A stretch of DNA of 63,665 nucleotides, filler included, from Octopus bimaculoides (lineage: Eukaryota), in NCBI RefSeq assembly GCF_001194135.2. It is 4 parts of 4 records of this genome, joined end to end, with 100 filler letters (N's around TTAATTAATTAA, not from the genome) between each part and the next. Parts side by side here need not be neighbours in the genome. Positions count along the whole stretch, not along the records: positions 1 to 28,943 come from NC_069002.1; 3 more parts are not named here. The stretch is one strand, 5' to 3'. The notes beneath the pieces are model-generated. The model was not told the DNA's origin. It saw only the letters and a program-made list of their open reading frames with translations, and searched no databases. The translations under genes and the position numbers were made by a program. Below are positions 1 to 14,452 of the stretch, in pieces. The stretch's first letter is position 1, and every line of letters begins with the position of its first letter.

Positions 1-895
1 TATATATATATATATGAATCCCTCTTCTCTCTCTCTCTCTCTCTGCCTGTCTGCATACATACACACACACACAGAGGCACGCACATGCATATGCATCTAT
101 GCATATGCATCTATGCGTATGCATCTATGCATGCATGTGTGTATGTATGTGTATGTATAGATGCATATGTATATACACGCTGATGCGCCAAACTCAAAAA
201 TATGAGTTACATTACCTGTTTCTTAATCTTTCTCTTTCTCTCTTTTTACCCAACCATCGACAAATCGGTGTACCCTATATATGTCTCTCTCTCTCACTAG
301 CTCTCTCTTACTCTCTCTCTCTCAATCTCTTCCCGCTCTTGCCCAGATGTGCGTGCATATGTCTACTATACAGCTCCTGGCATATATTTAAGGCTTGCAA
401 TTGCTTTTCACACACTAAACAACTTTTAAGATATATTCTACTGACAAGATACACTTCATTGATATATAATGTGGCTGATACTTACGTTCGGCCGTTCGCC
501 TTTAAATACTATTCACTCTCACGCTCAATATACAGTGCTAGCAACTCTCACCGGCTGACGAGACGAACAGTCAGTGAAACATCAAGCTTGTATCAAACAC
601 GCGCGCGCAAAGATACGCAAGAACGTACAAACAGACATATTCAAATACATTTATTATGCATTTACAAGAACATGGTTGACAGTAACTTCGAAGTTTTGGC
701 TTGCTAGACATCAACAGAAGATACTGTCACCGGTCTTCTTACAAAAGCCTCAATATGTACTCCACAAAAAATTACGGAGTAATTCTTCAGTTTAAAGTTA
801 AATGGTTTCTAATGTAACTCAACATGAAAACAAGCACAGCATATCATATATACACGGATGTACATATGTATGAACGAATGCATGTATACATAACA

Positions 896-942
<47 letters not shown>

Positions 943-1875
943 GTATCTCTATCTATCTATCTANNNNNNNNNNCGTATCTCTATCTATCTATCTATATAT
1001 ATATATATATCTATCTATCTATCTATCTGAAATTATCCATGCATTGTTACATACATGGCTACACATGTACTTATATATATAAAACGTACACTTTTGTACC
1101 ACCCGTCTACGCAAGATTTTATGCACGCGAGATGAAATGCGAAGTGTACTTGTGTCTATATGTCTATATAAACGGGCCATCAATCTATGCGTACGCTTGC
1201 GAGTGCATGCGGGTGCATGTGTATATACGTGCATATATGTGCTTGTGTATATATGTATTTGTATATGAGTATAGCTTTCTGTGTTTGCAAACGAAAGATA
1301 GAGAAATAGATTGAGAAAGACACAACGACAACGAGCATTTGTGCATGTGCGTGCATGATGGTGCAGTTTTTCGAGACGGATTGCACATAGATAAAAGTAT
1401 TTTACATTCAGAAGGATCTCAATTTAAACGCTAATGGATATAAACGGCTGCACGTTACGTAATAATGTTCAATTTACTACTTTGCTTAGTGATGATACAC
1501 TTGCCTAAGCTCTTTATCCTGGAGATTAATTCCGTTTTGTTTTGCAGGCTTGCCTTTTTGTTTTTGTTCTTTTTTTTTTGTATTTTTGTTGTGTTATGGC
1601 AGCAGGGTGTATATGTGGTGGTGGTGGTGGTGGCGGTGGCGGTTGTAGTGGAGATATAGGTGTAGAATGATGGGGCTGTGTGTTGGTGGGGTGGTGGGTT
1701 GGTGTGGAGGTGTGGGGAAGGGGTGTAGCATGAGATGAATATTTCGTCTTAAGGATTATTTGCTTCTAAGAACAAAACAGGAAATGGTATATAATAAAAC
1801 ACACCGATATATACATACATACGTACATATATATATACATATATATATATATATAAATATATGTATACATACGTG

Positions 1876-1912
<37 letters not shown>

Positions 1913-1937
1913 TTGCATACATATACATACATATATA

Positions 1938-1979
<42 letters not shown>

Positions 1980-2628
1980 NNNNNNNNNNNNNNNNNNNNN
2001 NNNNNNNNNNNNNNNNNNNNNNNNNNNNNNNNNNNNNNNNNNNNNNNNNNNNNNNNNNNNNNNNNNNNNNNNNNNNNNNNNNNNNNNNNNNNNNNNNNNN
2101 NNNNNNNNNNNNNNNNNNNNNNNNNNNNNNNNNNNNNNNNNNNNNNNNNNNNNNNNNNNNNNNNNNNNNNNNNNNNNNNNNNNNNNNNNNNNNNNNNNNN
2201 NNNNNNNNNNNNNNNNNNNNNNNNNNNNNNNNNNNNNNNNNNNNNNNNNNNNNNNNNNNNNNNNNNNNNNNNNNNNNNNNNNNNNNNNNNNNNNNNNNNN
2301 NNNNNNNNNNNNNNNNNNNNNNNNNNNNNNNNNNNNNNNNNNNNNNNNNNNNNNNNNNNNNNNNNNNNNNNNNNNNNNNNNNNNNNNNNNNNNNNNNNNN
2401 NNNNNNNNNNNNNNNNNNNNNNNNNNNNNNNNNNNNNNNNNNNNNNNNNNNNNNNNNNNNNNNNNNNNNNNNNNNNNNNNNNNNNNNNNNNNNNNNNNNN
2501 NNNNNNNNNNNNNNNNNNNNNNNNNNNNNNNNNNNNNNNNNNNNNNNNNNNNNNNNNNNNNNNNNNNNNNNNNNNNNNNNNNNNNNNATATGTATATATT
2601 TGTATATGCATGTTTCTATCAATCTATT

Positions 2629-2659
<31 letters not shown>

Positions 2660-2672
2660 ATCTATCTATATG

Positions 2673-2717
<45 letters not shown>

Positions 2718-5351
2718 ATATATCTATATCTATATATATATCATTATTTCTGCTCCTCTCCAAGACTTCTCTTCAATCAGTGAAATTTCTCTGCCACTTC
2801 TTCATTCAACCAATTATTCTCTTGTTTCTTTCAATTTTCTCTCTGTCTTCCTTCATTTCCTCGTCCGTTCTTTCGTTGCTTTCATCATTTTTTTTTTGTG
2901 TTCGTTTTATTTCTTTGATTCTTCGTATTTTTAAGCTCAAGAATTTTACTTTTGTCCCTCTTATATTCTTATAGTCCTTTCCTCTTCATTTTCTCTTGTA
3001 TTTGTCCTCTCACTTCACGTTATTTCACTTAATTATCTGAACTTCACGTTATTCTGATCTGTGTCTCTTTCGCTGTTTCTATCTCTGTCTGTCTCTCTGT
3101 TTGTCTTTCTCTGTATTTGCTACATTTTCACTCCTTCTCTGCTCCACTTCATAACGTATTTCGTTATCTCCTTTCCTCTATTTCTTCTTCAACTTCAAAC
3201 TCTCATTCATCCTCGTTTTCAATCAATTTCTCGCTTTCTTCTGCTGTCTTTCTGATCTAGTTACTCACCTTCATCTACATCTTTTCTTTTTCATTCTCCA
3301 TTTCTCTTTCCCTCTCTCTTTCACCCCCTCTCTCCCATTCACTCTTATTCAAATATTCTTTATAGCTTTCATTGCGTCTTTCCGTCTTTTACACCGTTTT
3401 CGGTTCGCTCTTACTATTGTATCCTGTGTTTGTTTCTGATACTCCATCGTTTATACAATCACGTCCTGCCTTTTTAAGCGCTTACTTTACATTTTCTCTT
3501 CCATCACTTTTGCTCTCAACCAATGAAAATGATGAGAAAAGCAATTTCTACATAACTGAGACGCATGAAATACTGTTATATCGGAAAATTTCTTCAAAAT
3601 ACAGAAACGAATCCGACTTTTTTACATGTGCTTGCTGAGTATAAAATCAAGTTTTTGATCCTCCTTTATCGTGGGAGTTTGATTTAAAACACATGAAAAA
3701 AAGAAGCGATAAAAGAATCAGTGATGAATGAATCACCTGCATTGACTTTCTTAGCAGAACAAATGCTTCATCCATCAACACCAAACTCGCGACACTCGGC
3801 AGCAAAGCTTCTGTCGTTATGTATTTTCGAGATTATTTCTACTATTTCCTGAAGAGAGGACACTCGTATAATCACAACGTCAATTAAGCCACCACATCGA
3901 GTTAGAACAACAATACCAACACCAACGCAACGGCTGCCACCATTGACTTTAACAATACCAATACCAACAATATACCGCCATTACATCAGCACGCCTGACG
4001 GCCGCCACAAGCCGCCGACGCTACCACCGCCAATACCATCAAAGACAACAACAACTACCACAAGCATACGTTATTCAACCTGGTGTGTTTAAACTGAGTT
4101 ATGTTTCTTACTCTTACCTCTTCCTCTTACTGCTCTACTCCTCACCACATACAAAAGTTCCNNNNNNNNNNNNNNNNNNNNNNNNNNNNNNNNNNNNNNN
4201 NNNNNNNNNNNNNNNNNNNNNNNNNNNNNNNNNNNNNNNNNNNNNNNNNNNNNNNNNNNNNNNNNNNNNNNNNNNNNNNNNNNNNNNNNNNNNNNNNNNN
4301 NNNNNNNNNNNNNNNNNNNNNNNNNNNNNNNNNNNNNNNNNNNNNNNNNNNNNNNNNNNNNNNNNNNNNNNNNNNNNNNNNNNNNNNNNNNNNNNNNNNN
4401 NNNNNNNNNNNNNNNNNNNNNNNNNNNNNNNNNNNNNNNNNNNNNNNNNNNNNNNNNNNNNNNNNNNNNNNNNNNNNNNNNNNNNNNNNNNNNNNNNNNN
4501 NNNNNNNNNNNNNNNNNNNNNNNNNNNNNNNNNNNNNNNNNNNNNNNNNNNNNNNNNNNNNNNNNNNNNNNNNNNNNNNNNNNNNNNNNNNNNNNNNNNN
4601 NNNNNNNNNNNNNNNNNNNNNNNNNNNNNNNNNNNNNNNNNNNNNNATATATATATATATATACACATATATATATATAAGGAGAAAGAGAGAGAGAGAG
4701 AGTGTGGGCTGCATTTGTATCTACATATATATAAACATTCTCAACCACAGACATAACGAAATCACACACAGACGCAGACTAAAATACATCCATACACATC
4801 CCTATTGTTACACACATGTATACGTATATACGTATGTGTTACATACACTTACACATGCGCACCCACATACATACACACATAAATACTTACATATTTACAT
4901 ACATAAAAATTTTTCTTGCATACAGTGATGAGTTTTCGCCCGAAATATTACGTCTAAATTGTCTCTATCTCACCGACTCATTTCTTTCCTTCTGTTTTCT
5001 TTCTCTCTTTCTTTCTGTTTTTCTTTCTTTCTTTCCTCCTCTCCCCCTCATTTTCTCCCGCACCTCGTTCTTTCTCTTCTCCCGTTTTGTTTATCCTAAT
5101 CCACTTATGCTCCTTAAACGTTTATTCACTTATATCCATTGCACATATAGTCATAGAATCCACTAAAATATTATAAAACTATGTGTGCGTGCGTGCGTGT
5201 GTGCGTGTGTGTGTGTGTGTGTACGTGCGTGCGTGTGAGAGAGACTGTATGTGTGTACGCGCGTGCGTTCGCATTTATATCTGTGTACAGATTTATATAG
5301 ACATGCATGTCTTCAGATACAAATGCTTAGAAACACATTAAAATATCCTTA

Positions 5352-5434
<83 letters not shown>

Positions 5435-5917
5435 ATGTATGTATGTATTAATACATATATGTGTATACATATATATATATGTTAAATATATATATATATA
5501 TATATATGCATGTATGTATGTCTGTATGTATATGTGCATATATATGCAAAGTTACGTACACATGAAAATATAGTTTGGTTGTTAGATGTTGTTTATGTGT
5601 GTGTGTCTGTGTGTATGAAAGAGAGAGAGAACGAGAAAGAGGCAGATAGAGGAAACGTTAGAGAGGGAGAGAGAAAGAGAGAGACAGAGGGAGACACTGT
5701 GTATATGTGTGTGTGAGAGAGAGAGAGAGAGAGCGAATGAAGTTGTGAGAAAGAGGAGGAAAGGCACGTAAATGTTGATAAATATGTTATGATGCATGTT
5801 TGAGTTTCACTTTCATGAGAAAAGTAAGTAGAATTTACTGGTTAGTCATGTGGAAACGGTTTGCTATTCTTCATGTCTTTGTTTTGAATAATGGCTGTTC
5901 TGACATTGCTATAATTA

Positions 5918-5919
<2 letters not shown>

Positions 5920-6001
<82 letters not shown>

Positions 6002-6025
6002 ACGCACACACACACACACACACAT
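5920..6025. repeat. (CA)n microsatellite
   Basis: Long CA run, pure to about 5996, then degenerate. Representative of many (CA)n/(TG)n tracts, e.g. 19680-19763 and 59387-59469. Confidence 0.97.
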
Positions 6026-6510
6026 ACGCATACATGCACTCATACGCTCACGCGCACACACTGGCACATATGGATATGCAGTAATACGGCGGAGATACAA
6101 AATACCTCGACGTTACATTCTGCATACTAGTTGCAAGTACTGTAGGCAGGGTTTCACATATATGTAAGATAATGAGCTGAAAAACGTTTGTTTACTTGCG
6201 ACTATCTAAGCAATTAGCAGGCTTAATCTCCCTCGAGGCGTTGTTAAAATTCTAAAGTATTTAAATTCGGATCAAATAAACATTGGCGATGCATTGCCCT
6301 ATGCAAAAGCTAAAATATTTCTTCAGAGGTGTTGCAAGCTCTTCTTCTGAATCCAGCACTATGTCGAAGATCTTTTCGTATCATTTGCAGATATTTCGGT
6401 GTTCTAGGTATTTTGCTCTAGCCTGGGCGCTTCGCCTGAGAGCATCATCTGCGGAAAATCAAAAAGATGTATTAATGTATTAAACACCCAACAGAGACGA
6501 AATACTCAAA

Positions 6511-6716
6511 TATTGGTCAAAAATTTAGGCTGAAAGCCAACAATTTTAGGGAGGGGTTAAGTTGATGATATCGACGTCCGGTGCTCATCTGGTACTTTTT
6601 TTTATCGTCCCCGAAAGGATGAAAGGCAAAGTTCACCTGGGTGGAATTTAAACTCAGACAGACGAAACACCGCTAAGCATTTTGCCCAGTGTGCTAACGA
6701 TTTTGCCAGCACGCCG
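6511..6716 (-). mobile_element. tRNA-derived SINE, family C (Meta-domain-like centre), near full length
   Basis: The reverse complement reads GCGGCGTGCTGGCAAAATCGTTAGCACAC (tRNA-like head with A-box), then GAGTTTAAATTCC (B-box-like), then GCCTTTCATCCTTTCGGGGACGATAAAAAAAAGTACCAG. Homologous copies occur at 7026, 57161, 58067 and 60067. Confidence 0.8.
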
Positions 6717-6789
6717 CGTTACAATGTATTAAAATATAGATTTCAAATCCGATACTGCACGAATCCAGCAACATCGGGATAAGTTATTT

Positions 6790-6860
6790 CCATCGATCCC
6801 AGTGATCAACTGTGAGTTATTTTATCAGCCTTAAAAGGATGAGAGGCAAAGTGGATTGGA
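6790..6860 (-). mobile_element. SINE family C fragment
   Basis: CATCGATCCCAGTGATCAACTG...TTTTATCAGCCTTAAAAGGATGAGAGGCAAAGT aligns by eye to the central part of the 6511-6716 copy. Confidence 0.6.
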
Positions 6861-7025
6861 GTGGATTTCCTCTACAGACCAATCAGGTATCCCAAATGTT
6901 GCGATCAGCATTGGTACTGAAAATGCATTGTGGGATATTGTTTTATTGTAAGAGGGGAGTTCCATACTTTCCTAAGTCTGGTGTAATATTCTCGGGTCTT
7001 TCTGTCTTTATTCACTGTCGACTTT

Positions 7026-7151
7026 GAGGTCGACTTTGTCTTTCATCTTTTCGGCTCGATAAAAAAGCATACCAAATAAGCAATGAGGTCGATGTGATCG
7101 ACATACCACCCACCCTCCCACGAACTTGCAGGTAATGTGACAAAATTCGAA
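7026..7151 (+). mobile_element. SINE family C fragment (centre and 3' part)
   Basis: GAGGTCGACTTTGTCTTTCATCTTTTCGGCTCGATAAAAAAG...GGTCGATGTGATCGAC is the reverse-complement homologue of 6540-6640. Confidence 0.7.
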
Positions 7152-7881
7152 GCTGAGACTGGTATGTAAGTGAATATATAATATGGGTTTATAAACTGAA
7201 CGTTGCACACCAGTTGTCTAGACATGAAATGTCTGTCTGTATGTCTGTATGTCTGTATGTATGAAGGTATGGATATATATATCTATTATTAGAGTGTATT
7301 TATTATGCGCACATGTGTATAATTAAAAAAAGACAAATACTCGATACATGTGTGTGTGTGTGTGTGTGTCTGTGCGTGTGTATGTGTGTGTGTGCGTGTG
7401 TATGTGTGTGTGTGTGTGTNNNNNNNNNNNNNNNNNNNNNNNNNNNNNNNNNNNNNNNNNNNNNNNNNNNNNNNNNNNNNNNNNNNNNNNNNNNNNNNNN
7501 NNNNNNNNNNNNNNNNNNNNNNNNNNNNNNNNNNNNNNNNNNNNNNNNNNNNNNNNNNNNNNNNNNNNNNNNNNNNNNNNNNNNNNNNNNNNNNNNNNNN
7601 NNNNNNNNNNNNNNNNNNNNNNNNNNNNNNNNNNNNNNNNNNNNNNNNNNNNNNNNNNNNNNNNNNNNNNNNNNNNNNNNNNNNNNNNNNNNNNNNNNNN
7701 NNNNNNNNNNNNNNNNNNNNNNNNNNNNNNNNNNNNNNNNNNNNNNNNNNNNNNNNNNNNNNNNNNNNNNNNNNNNNNNNNNNNNNNNNNNNNNNNNNNN
7801 NNNNNNNNNNNNNNNNNNNTATATATATATATATATACCTGTTTGTGTTTGTGTATGTACAGAGGGAGAGAACGAGAGAGC

Positions 7882-7935
<54 letters not shown>

Positions 7936-8713
7936 GAGAAGGAGAGAGAGAGAAGGAGAGAGAGAGAAGGAGAGAGAGTAAACAACAATAATATCTACAA
8001 GAGAACCAAATATAATAAAATCCGTAGACTAAAGAATATAAATAGTTTAGAAATGGATAAAATAAAATCGCTTAGAATGGGAATTAGTGTTGAAGAGTTG
8101 GAAATTACAGCAAGTTCTATGAACTCTTCTGTCAAACTGAATGTCGATAGTTGTCAGTTTTTATTCGACTACTTGTAGCCGACACTAGCACCAGCCTTTC
8201 CCCTTCGAAAAAAAAAAAAATACGGCTATTTCATTGCATAACGCATCAAGCTCATAGACCTTTTTTATTTTTGTTACAGTTACTTTTCTCCATCTTCTAA
8301 CCCAGCATGTGCCCAAACAGTCACACATCTATCTATTTATCAGACTCTGCTTTGCCCTGTCATATTTTTTTTGTTCCTTATCGTACCCTACCCGTATCCT
8401 ATCCGATACTATCCAGTTCACTGACAAATATCCACTTAGGCTGTATTCAATATCGTTAAGTCAATGAAAAGATCTGCGAACTTAAGAAATAAGATGGGAC
8501 TAAAATAAACCTCCACCCACCCCATCACCCGCCCATGCATCATTTCCTACAGTGTCTGACCCCCCCACTCCACTCCACTACCTAACACCACCAACGCCGC
8601 CACCAAAGACACCAGGTAGAGAATAAAAAAAGGATAGAAATGTTGGGGGCAAAAAATAAGGTTAAATACAACAGGAGTTGGGGGTTTATGAAAATGTTGA
8701 ACAGGAATAATAC

Positions 8714-8827
8714 ATGATGATGATGATGATGATGATGATGATGTTGATTATGATGATGCTGATGGTGATGATGATGATGATGATGATGATGATGGTGATG
8801 ATGATAGTGGTTCTGATGATGATGATA
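8714..8827. repeat. (ATG)n/(GTG) trinucleotide array
   Basis: Direct GATGATGAT runs. Source of the poly-His ORF artefact. Confidence 0.95.
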
Positions 8828-8893
8828 AAAATAATAATATTTTAAAACAATAAACACAAGTCAATGAATATGTACATATATATATATGTACGC

Positions 8894-8941
<48 letters not shown>

Positions 8942-9754
8942 NNNNNNNNNNNNNNNNNNNNNNNNNNNNNNNNNNNNNNNNNNNNNNNNNNNNNNNNNNN
9001 NNNNNNNNNNNNNNNNNNNNNNNNNNNNNNNNNNNNNNNNNNNNNNNNNNNNNNNNNNNNNNNNNNNNNNNNNNNNNNNNNNNNNNNNNNNNNNNNNNNN
9101 NNNNNNNNNNNNNNNNNNNNNNNNNNNNNNNNNNNNNNNNNNNNNNNNNNNNNNNNNNNNNNNNNNNNNNNNNNNNNNNNNNNNNNNNNNNNNNNNNNNN
9201 NNNNNNNNNNNNNNNNNNNNNNNNNNNNNNNNNNNNNNNNNNNNNNNNNNNNNNNNNNNNNNNNNNNNNNNNNNNNNNNNNNNNNNNNNNNNNNNNNNNN
9301 NNNNNNNNNNNNNNNNNNNNNNNNNNNNNNNNNNNNNNNNNNNNNNNNNNNNNNNNNNNNNNNNNNNNNNNNNNNNNNNNNNNNNNNNNNNNNNNNNNNN
9401 NNNNNNNNNNNNNNNNNNNNNNNNNNNNNNNNNNNNNNNNNNNNNNNNNNNNNNNNNNNNNNNNNNNNNNNNNNNNNNNNNNNNNNNNNNNNNNNNNNNN
9501 NNNNNNNNNNNNNNNNNNNNNNNNNNNNNNNNNNNNNNNNNNNNNNNNNNNNNNNNNNNNNNNNNNNNNNNNNNNNNNNNNNNNNNNNNNNNNNNNNNNN
9601 NNNNNNNNNNNNNNNNNNNNNNNNNNNNNNNNNNNNNNNNNNNNNNNNNNNNNNNNNNNNNNNNNNNNNNNNNNNNNNNNNNNNNNNNNNNNNNNNNNNN
9701 NNNNNNNNNNNNNNNNNNNNNNNNNNNNNNNNNNNNNNNNNNNNNNNNNNNNNN

Positions 9755-9802
<48 letters not shown>

Positions 9803-10404
9803 TATATATACATATATATATACATATATGCACAGATATACATATAATTATATATATAGATACACACACACACATATATATATTTATTTGATGTATGCAA
9901 ATTTGCCAATATATGTATGCGTACGTCCTTAAAAAAAATATATATAAAATGTATAGTTATGAATAAAAGCAATGCAGCCATAGCATACACTCATACACGC
10001 ATAAATTCAAATATACACTTACTCATATATGCATACACAGGCATAGACACTACGCGCGCACATACACACACACGCTCACATATACACACACACACACAAG
10101 CACAATTACAAACAAACCAACAAGAACCACACATCAAACCGGTAAAGACGGCTTGAAGCCTATTTAAGCTCCGTTTAAGTCATATTGCTCAACTAATGCA
10201 GCGAACAATTGTTTTCATATATTATTACATAGCAGCCATATTGAATCTTGTCTAAGTTACGTTGACGTTCTTATAACTTGTACCGACGCCATTTTCGATT
10301 TTTTGATTTTGTAGTGTAGATGAGATAGGTTGGGTGGTGGCGAGGGGTGGGTGGGTGTAGGATACGTCCATTGTCTGTTTTGTTGGTTATTGACGAGAAG
10401 ATGC

Positions 10405-10409
10405 CAATA

Positions 10410-10474
<65 letters not shown>

Positions 10475-10497
10475 TAATAATAATAATAATAATAACG
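10405..10497. repeat. (AAT)n microsatellite
   Basis: Direct sequence. Confidence 0.97.
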
Positions 10498-10558
10498 ACA
10501 ACAAAAACAGCAGAAATAATAAAGGTATCAAAATGTATATGAATGAATAATATATAAG

Positions 10559-10600
<42 letters not shown>

Positions 10601-11042
10601 TACATACAGACACTTATATAATACGTATAGACATAATAGATGTATTTATGNNNNNNNNNNNNNNNNNNNNNNNNNNNNNNNNNNNNNNNNNNNNNNNNNN
10701 NNNNNNNNNNNNNNNNNNNNNNNNNNNNNNNNNNNNNNNNNNNNNNNNNNNNNNNNNNNNNNNNNNNNNNNNNNNNNNNNNNNNNNNNNNNNNNNNNNNN
10801 NNNNNNNNNNNNNNNNNNNNNNNNNNNNNNNNNNNNNNNNNNNNNNNNNNNNNNNNNNNNNNNNNNNNNNNNNNNNNNNNNNNNNNNNNNNNNNNNNNNN
10901 NNNNNNNNNNNNNNNNNNNNNNNNNNNNNNNNNNNNNTACATCTGTACATATACATGCACATATATATATATAAATACATATATAAATTTATACTTATAT
11001 ATGCCTATATATTTATATGCATATCAGTGTACCTATATACAC

Positions 11043-11073
<31 letters not shown>

Positions 11074-11277
11074 AATATATGTTTGTGTGTGTTGGTGTGT
11101 GCATGTGTGTGTGTGTATGTGTGTGTGCCTTCATGCATACTTTTACACACTTTAATACAAAAATATCTTCTGTAATTGACATTGATGTTCTTCTACTTAT
11201 ATCCCTCTTATTATACTTGTGGTTTTGTTGTAGTTCTCCCTAGCATTGCCACCACCACGTTCATCCCTCTCCGTTTC

Positions 11278-11317
11278 CTCCTCCTCCTCCTCCTAATAGT
11301 ACTACTGCTGCTGCTGG

Positions 11318-11367
<50 letters not shown>

Positions 11368-11427
11368 ATAATAATAATAATGATAATAATAGTAACAATA
11401 ATAATAATGATGATGATGATGATAATG

Positions 11428-11477
<50 letters not shown>

Positions 11478-11790
11478 ATTATTAATAATAATAGCAACAA
11501 CAACAACACACCTGCTTTTATTGTTACCGTAATTAGTATTAGTATTTTAATCATTGTCATTCTTGTTGCAAATATAATTAACATTATCTCCAATTATCAT
11601 TAAATCGTAGACTCTTCCTTTTACACAAATAAGCGAAATGGCAATAATTGACGTAAAAGTCGTCATCGTCGTCGATATAATAGTAGTAGTGGTAGTAGTA
11701 GCAGCAGCAGCAGTAGTTATAGTAGTAGTGGTAGTAGTTGTAGTAGTAGTAGTAGTAGCAGCAGTGTTTGTTGTTGGTGTTGTTGCTGTT
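11278..11790. repeat. Compound trinucleotide SSR region (CCT, CTG, CTA, AAT, ATG, AAC; then AGT, AGC, TTG)
   Basis: Successive pure and degenerate trinucleotide runs. Confidence 0.93.
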
Positions 11791-12689
11791 ATATTTGAAG
11801 CCTTCTTAATAGACTCGTTCTTTTGTTTATACGTCAAGTCTTTAGGCCATTTACTCTGCTCGTCAGAAACTCACGTGCAGCGATGCAGCTAAGTCCTTTG
11901 ATAGAAACGTGAATGCACCCACAACATACATACACGTGTGTATATATATACATACACGTGTGTATATATATATATATATATNNNNNNNNNNNNNNNNNNN
12001 NNNNNNNNNNNNNNNNNNNNNNNNNNNNNNNNNNNNNNNNNNNNNNNNNNNNNNNNNNNNNNNNNNNNNNNNNNNNNNNNNNNNNNNNNNNNNNNNNNNN
12101 NNNNNNNNNNNNNNNNNNNNNNNNNNNNNNNNNNNNNNNNNNNNNNNNNNNNNNNNNNNNNNNNNNNNNNNNNNNNNNNNNNNNNNNNNNNNNNNNNNNN
12201 NNNNNNNNNNNNNNNNNNNNNNNNNNNNNNNNNNNNNNNNNNNNNNNNNNNNNNNNNNNNNNNNNNNNNNNNNNNNNNNNNNNNNNNNNNNNNNNNNNNN
12301 NNNNNNNNNNNNNNNNNNNNNNNNNNNNNNNNNNNNNNNNNNNNNNNNNNNNNNNNNNNNNNNNNNNNNNNNNNNNNNNNNNNNNNNNNNNNNNNNNNNN
12401 NNNNNNNNNNNNNNNNNNNNNNNNNNNNNNNNNNNNNNNNNNNNNNNNNNNNNNNNNNNNNNNNNNNNNNNNNNNNNNNNNNNNNNNNNNNNNNNNNNNN
12501 NNNNNNNNNNNNNNNNNNNNNNNNNNNNNNNNNNNNNNNNNNNNNNNNNNNNNNNATATATATATATGATGCATGTAAGTTCAGTATGTACGAATATATG
12601 ATTTTTTCACATGCAAAAAAAGCACTAAAGAACTTCTTATAGGAATGAGGAAAGAAAAACAAAAAAAAAAGGCCAAAAAATTCTACAAA

Positions 12690-12749
<60 letters not shown>

Positions 12750-13377
12750 TAAGATTAAATCTATAGATAAAAAAATATCAGAAATAAATATATATTAATA
12801 TGATAATAATAATAAAAATATATGATTGTAAAAACCATAAGTACCAAAGAAAGAAAAAAAGAATAATAAATAAATAAATAAATAAAATGGAAAAAAAGAA
12901 AAGAAGATGAATAGGCAAACAGTTGTTCTTGAAATTGCTGAGGTAATTTTACGTGTTTTGGTGGTGCATCAGTTAATAGATGCTATATAGAATTGTCAGT
13001 TCTAATCAACATAAACAGGCCATTCGAGAGAGAGGTGTGCTCAACTGTACGAAGCTGAAGTATATAATACACTTCTCTCATTATGTGAATGGCTGTCTGT
13101 GTTTGTACGTATGGTGTTTGACTGGTTGGTTGTATTGGTTGGCTGGCTGGCTGGCTGGTTGGTTGGTTGGTGGTAACTATTTGTATATTCGGCTTGATCT
13201 GTATGAGTTGCTATTAGTGTATGTGTTTTTTTTTGTTTGGTTTGTGTTTTTGTTGTGTGCTTCGGCTGTGATGGCGGTTTGATGTTGGTTTCATGGTGGA
13301 GGTTGTGTGGCGAGCCGGCGATGGTAAATAGCTGTATTTTTTAGATTGATTTGTACGAGTTAATAATGATAATGATG

Positions 13378-13409
<32 letters not shown>

Positions 13410-14302
13410 NNNNNNNNNNNNNNNNNNNNNNNNNNNNNNNNNNNNNNNNNNNNNNNNNNNNNNNNNNNNNNNNNNNNNNNNNNNNNNNNNNNNNNNNNNN
13501 NNNNNNNNNNNNNNNNNNNNNNNNNNNNNNNNNNNNNNNNNNNNNNNNNNNNNNNNNNNNNNNNNNNNNNNNNNNNNNNNNNNNNNNNNNNNNNNNNNNN
13601 NNNNNNNNNNNNNNNNNNNNNNNNNNNNNNNNNNNNNNNNNNNNNNNNNNNNNNNNNNNNNNNNNNNNNNNNNNNNNNNNNNNNNNNNNNNNNNNNNNNN
13701 NNNNNNNNNNNNNNNNNNNNNNNNNNNNNNNNNNNNNNNNNNNNNNNNNNNNNNNNNNNNNNNNNNNNNNNNNNNNNNNNNNNNNNNNNNNNNNNNNNNN
13801 NNNNNNNNNNNNNNNNNNNNNNNNNNNNNNNNNNNNNNNNNNTATGTATGTATGTATGTATGTATATACATATACTTACACACACACACACATATAAGTA
13901 TATACACATGTACATACCTATATCAATCTTTTTGACCCCCTCACCTTCTGTCTCTCTATCTCTCCCTCTGTCTCTCTCCCTAAATAGATATATAAATTGA
14001 GAGAGAGAGGAGGAGACAGGCTGGGAAAGACAGAGAAAGAGAGAGAATAAGAAATGCGTTGGTGGGGTCGGTGTAGGTGTATGGGTATTTGTGCATGGGC
14101 GTATATATGCGAATATATGTATATATATATAAGTTTCCATAAATGTAGAACGTTTAGACATCTCAGATGAAAAATACTATCGCTGAAGAAACGAGAGTGC
14201 AATGCTGCTTATGGACACACTCACCTCTCTACGTTTCTACACACGCATATACATCTGTACACACGCACACATATTTTAATACGTCTTTAGATGGCTTGAG
14301 TA

Positions 14303-14448
14303 GAAACACGTGGCTTAATGGTTAGGGTGTTGGACTTATGATCGTAAGATTCTGGTTTCGATTCTGGGACCGGGTGATGCAATGTGTTCTTGAACAAAAC
14401 GCTTCGTTTTGCGTTGCTCCAGTTCACTTAACTGGCACAAATGAGTAA
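14303..14448 (+). mobile_element. tRNA-derived SINE family B, 5' half (CORE-like centre)
   Basis: A-box TGGCTTAATGGT, B-box-like GGTTTCGATTCT, then TGTGTTCTTGAACAAAACGCTTCGTTTTGCGTTGCTCCAGTTCACTTAACTGGCACAAATGAGTA. Homologous to the complete copy at 53778-54104. Confidence 0.75.
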
Positions 14449-14452
14449 CCCT

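Noticed and set aside
555-594. CTGACGA-GAC-GAACA-GTC-AGT-GAAAC...GTA hammerhead-like string
   Set aside because: It needs a 3-nt insertion before GAAA and another in stem III, stem I is 2 bp at best, and a competing CTGAC/GTCAG hairpin buries the core.
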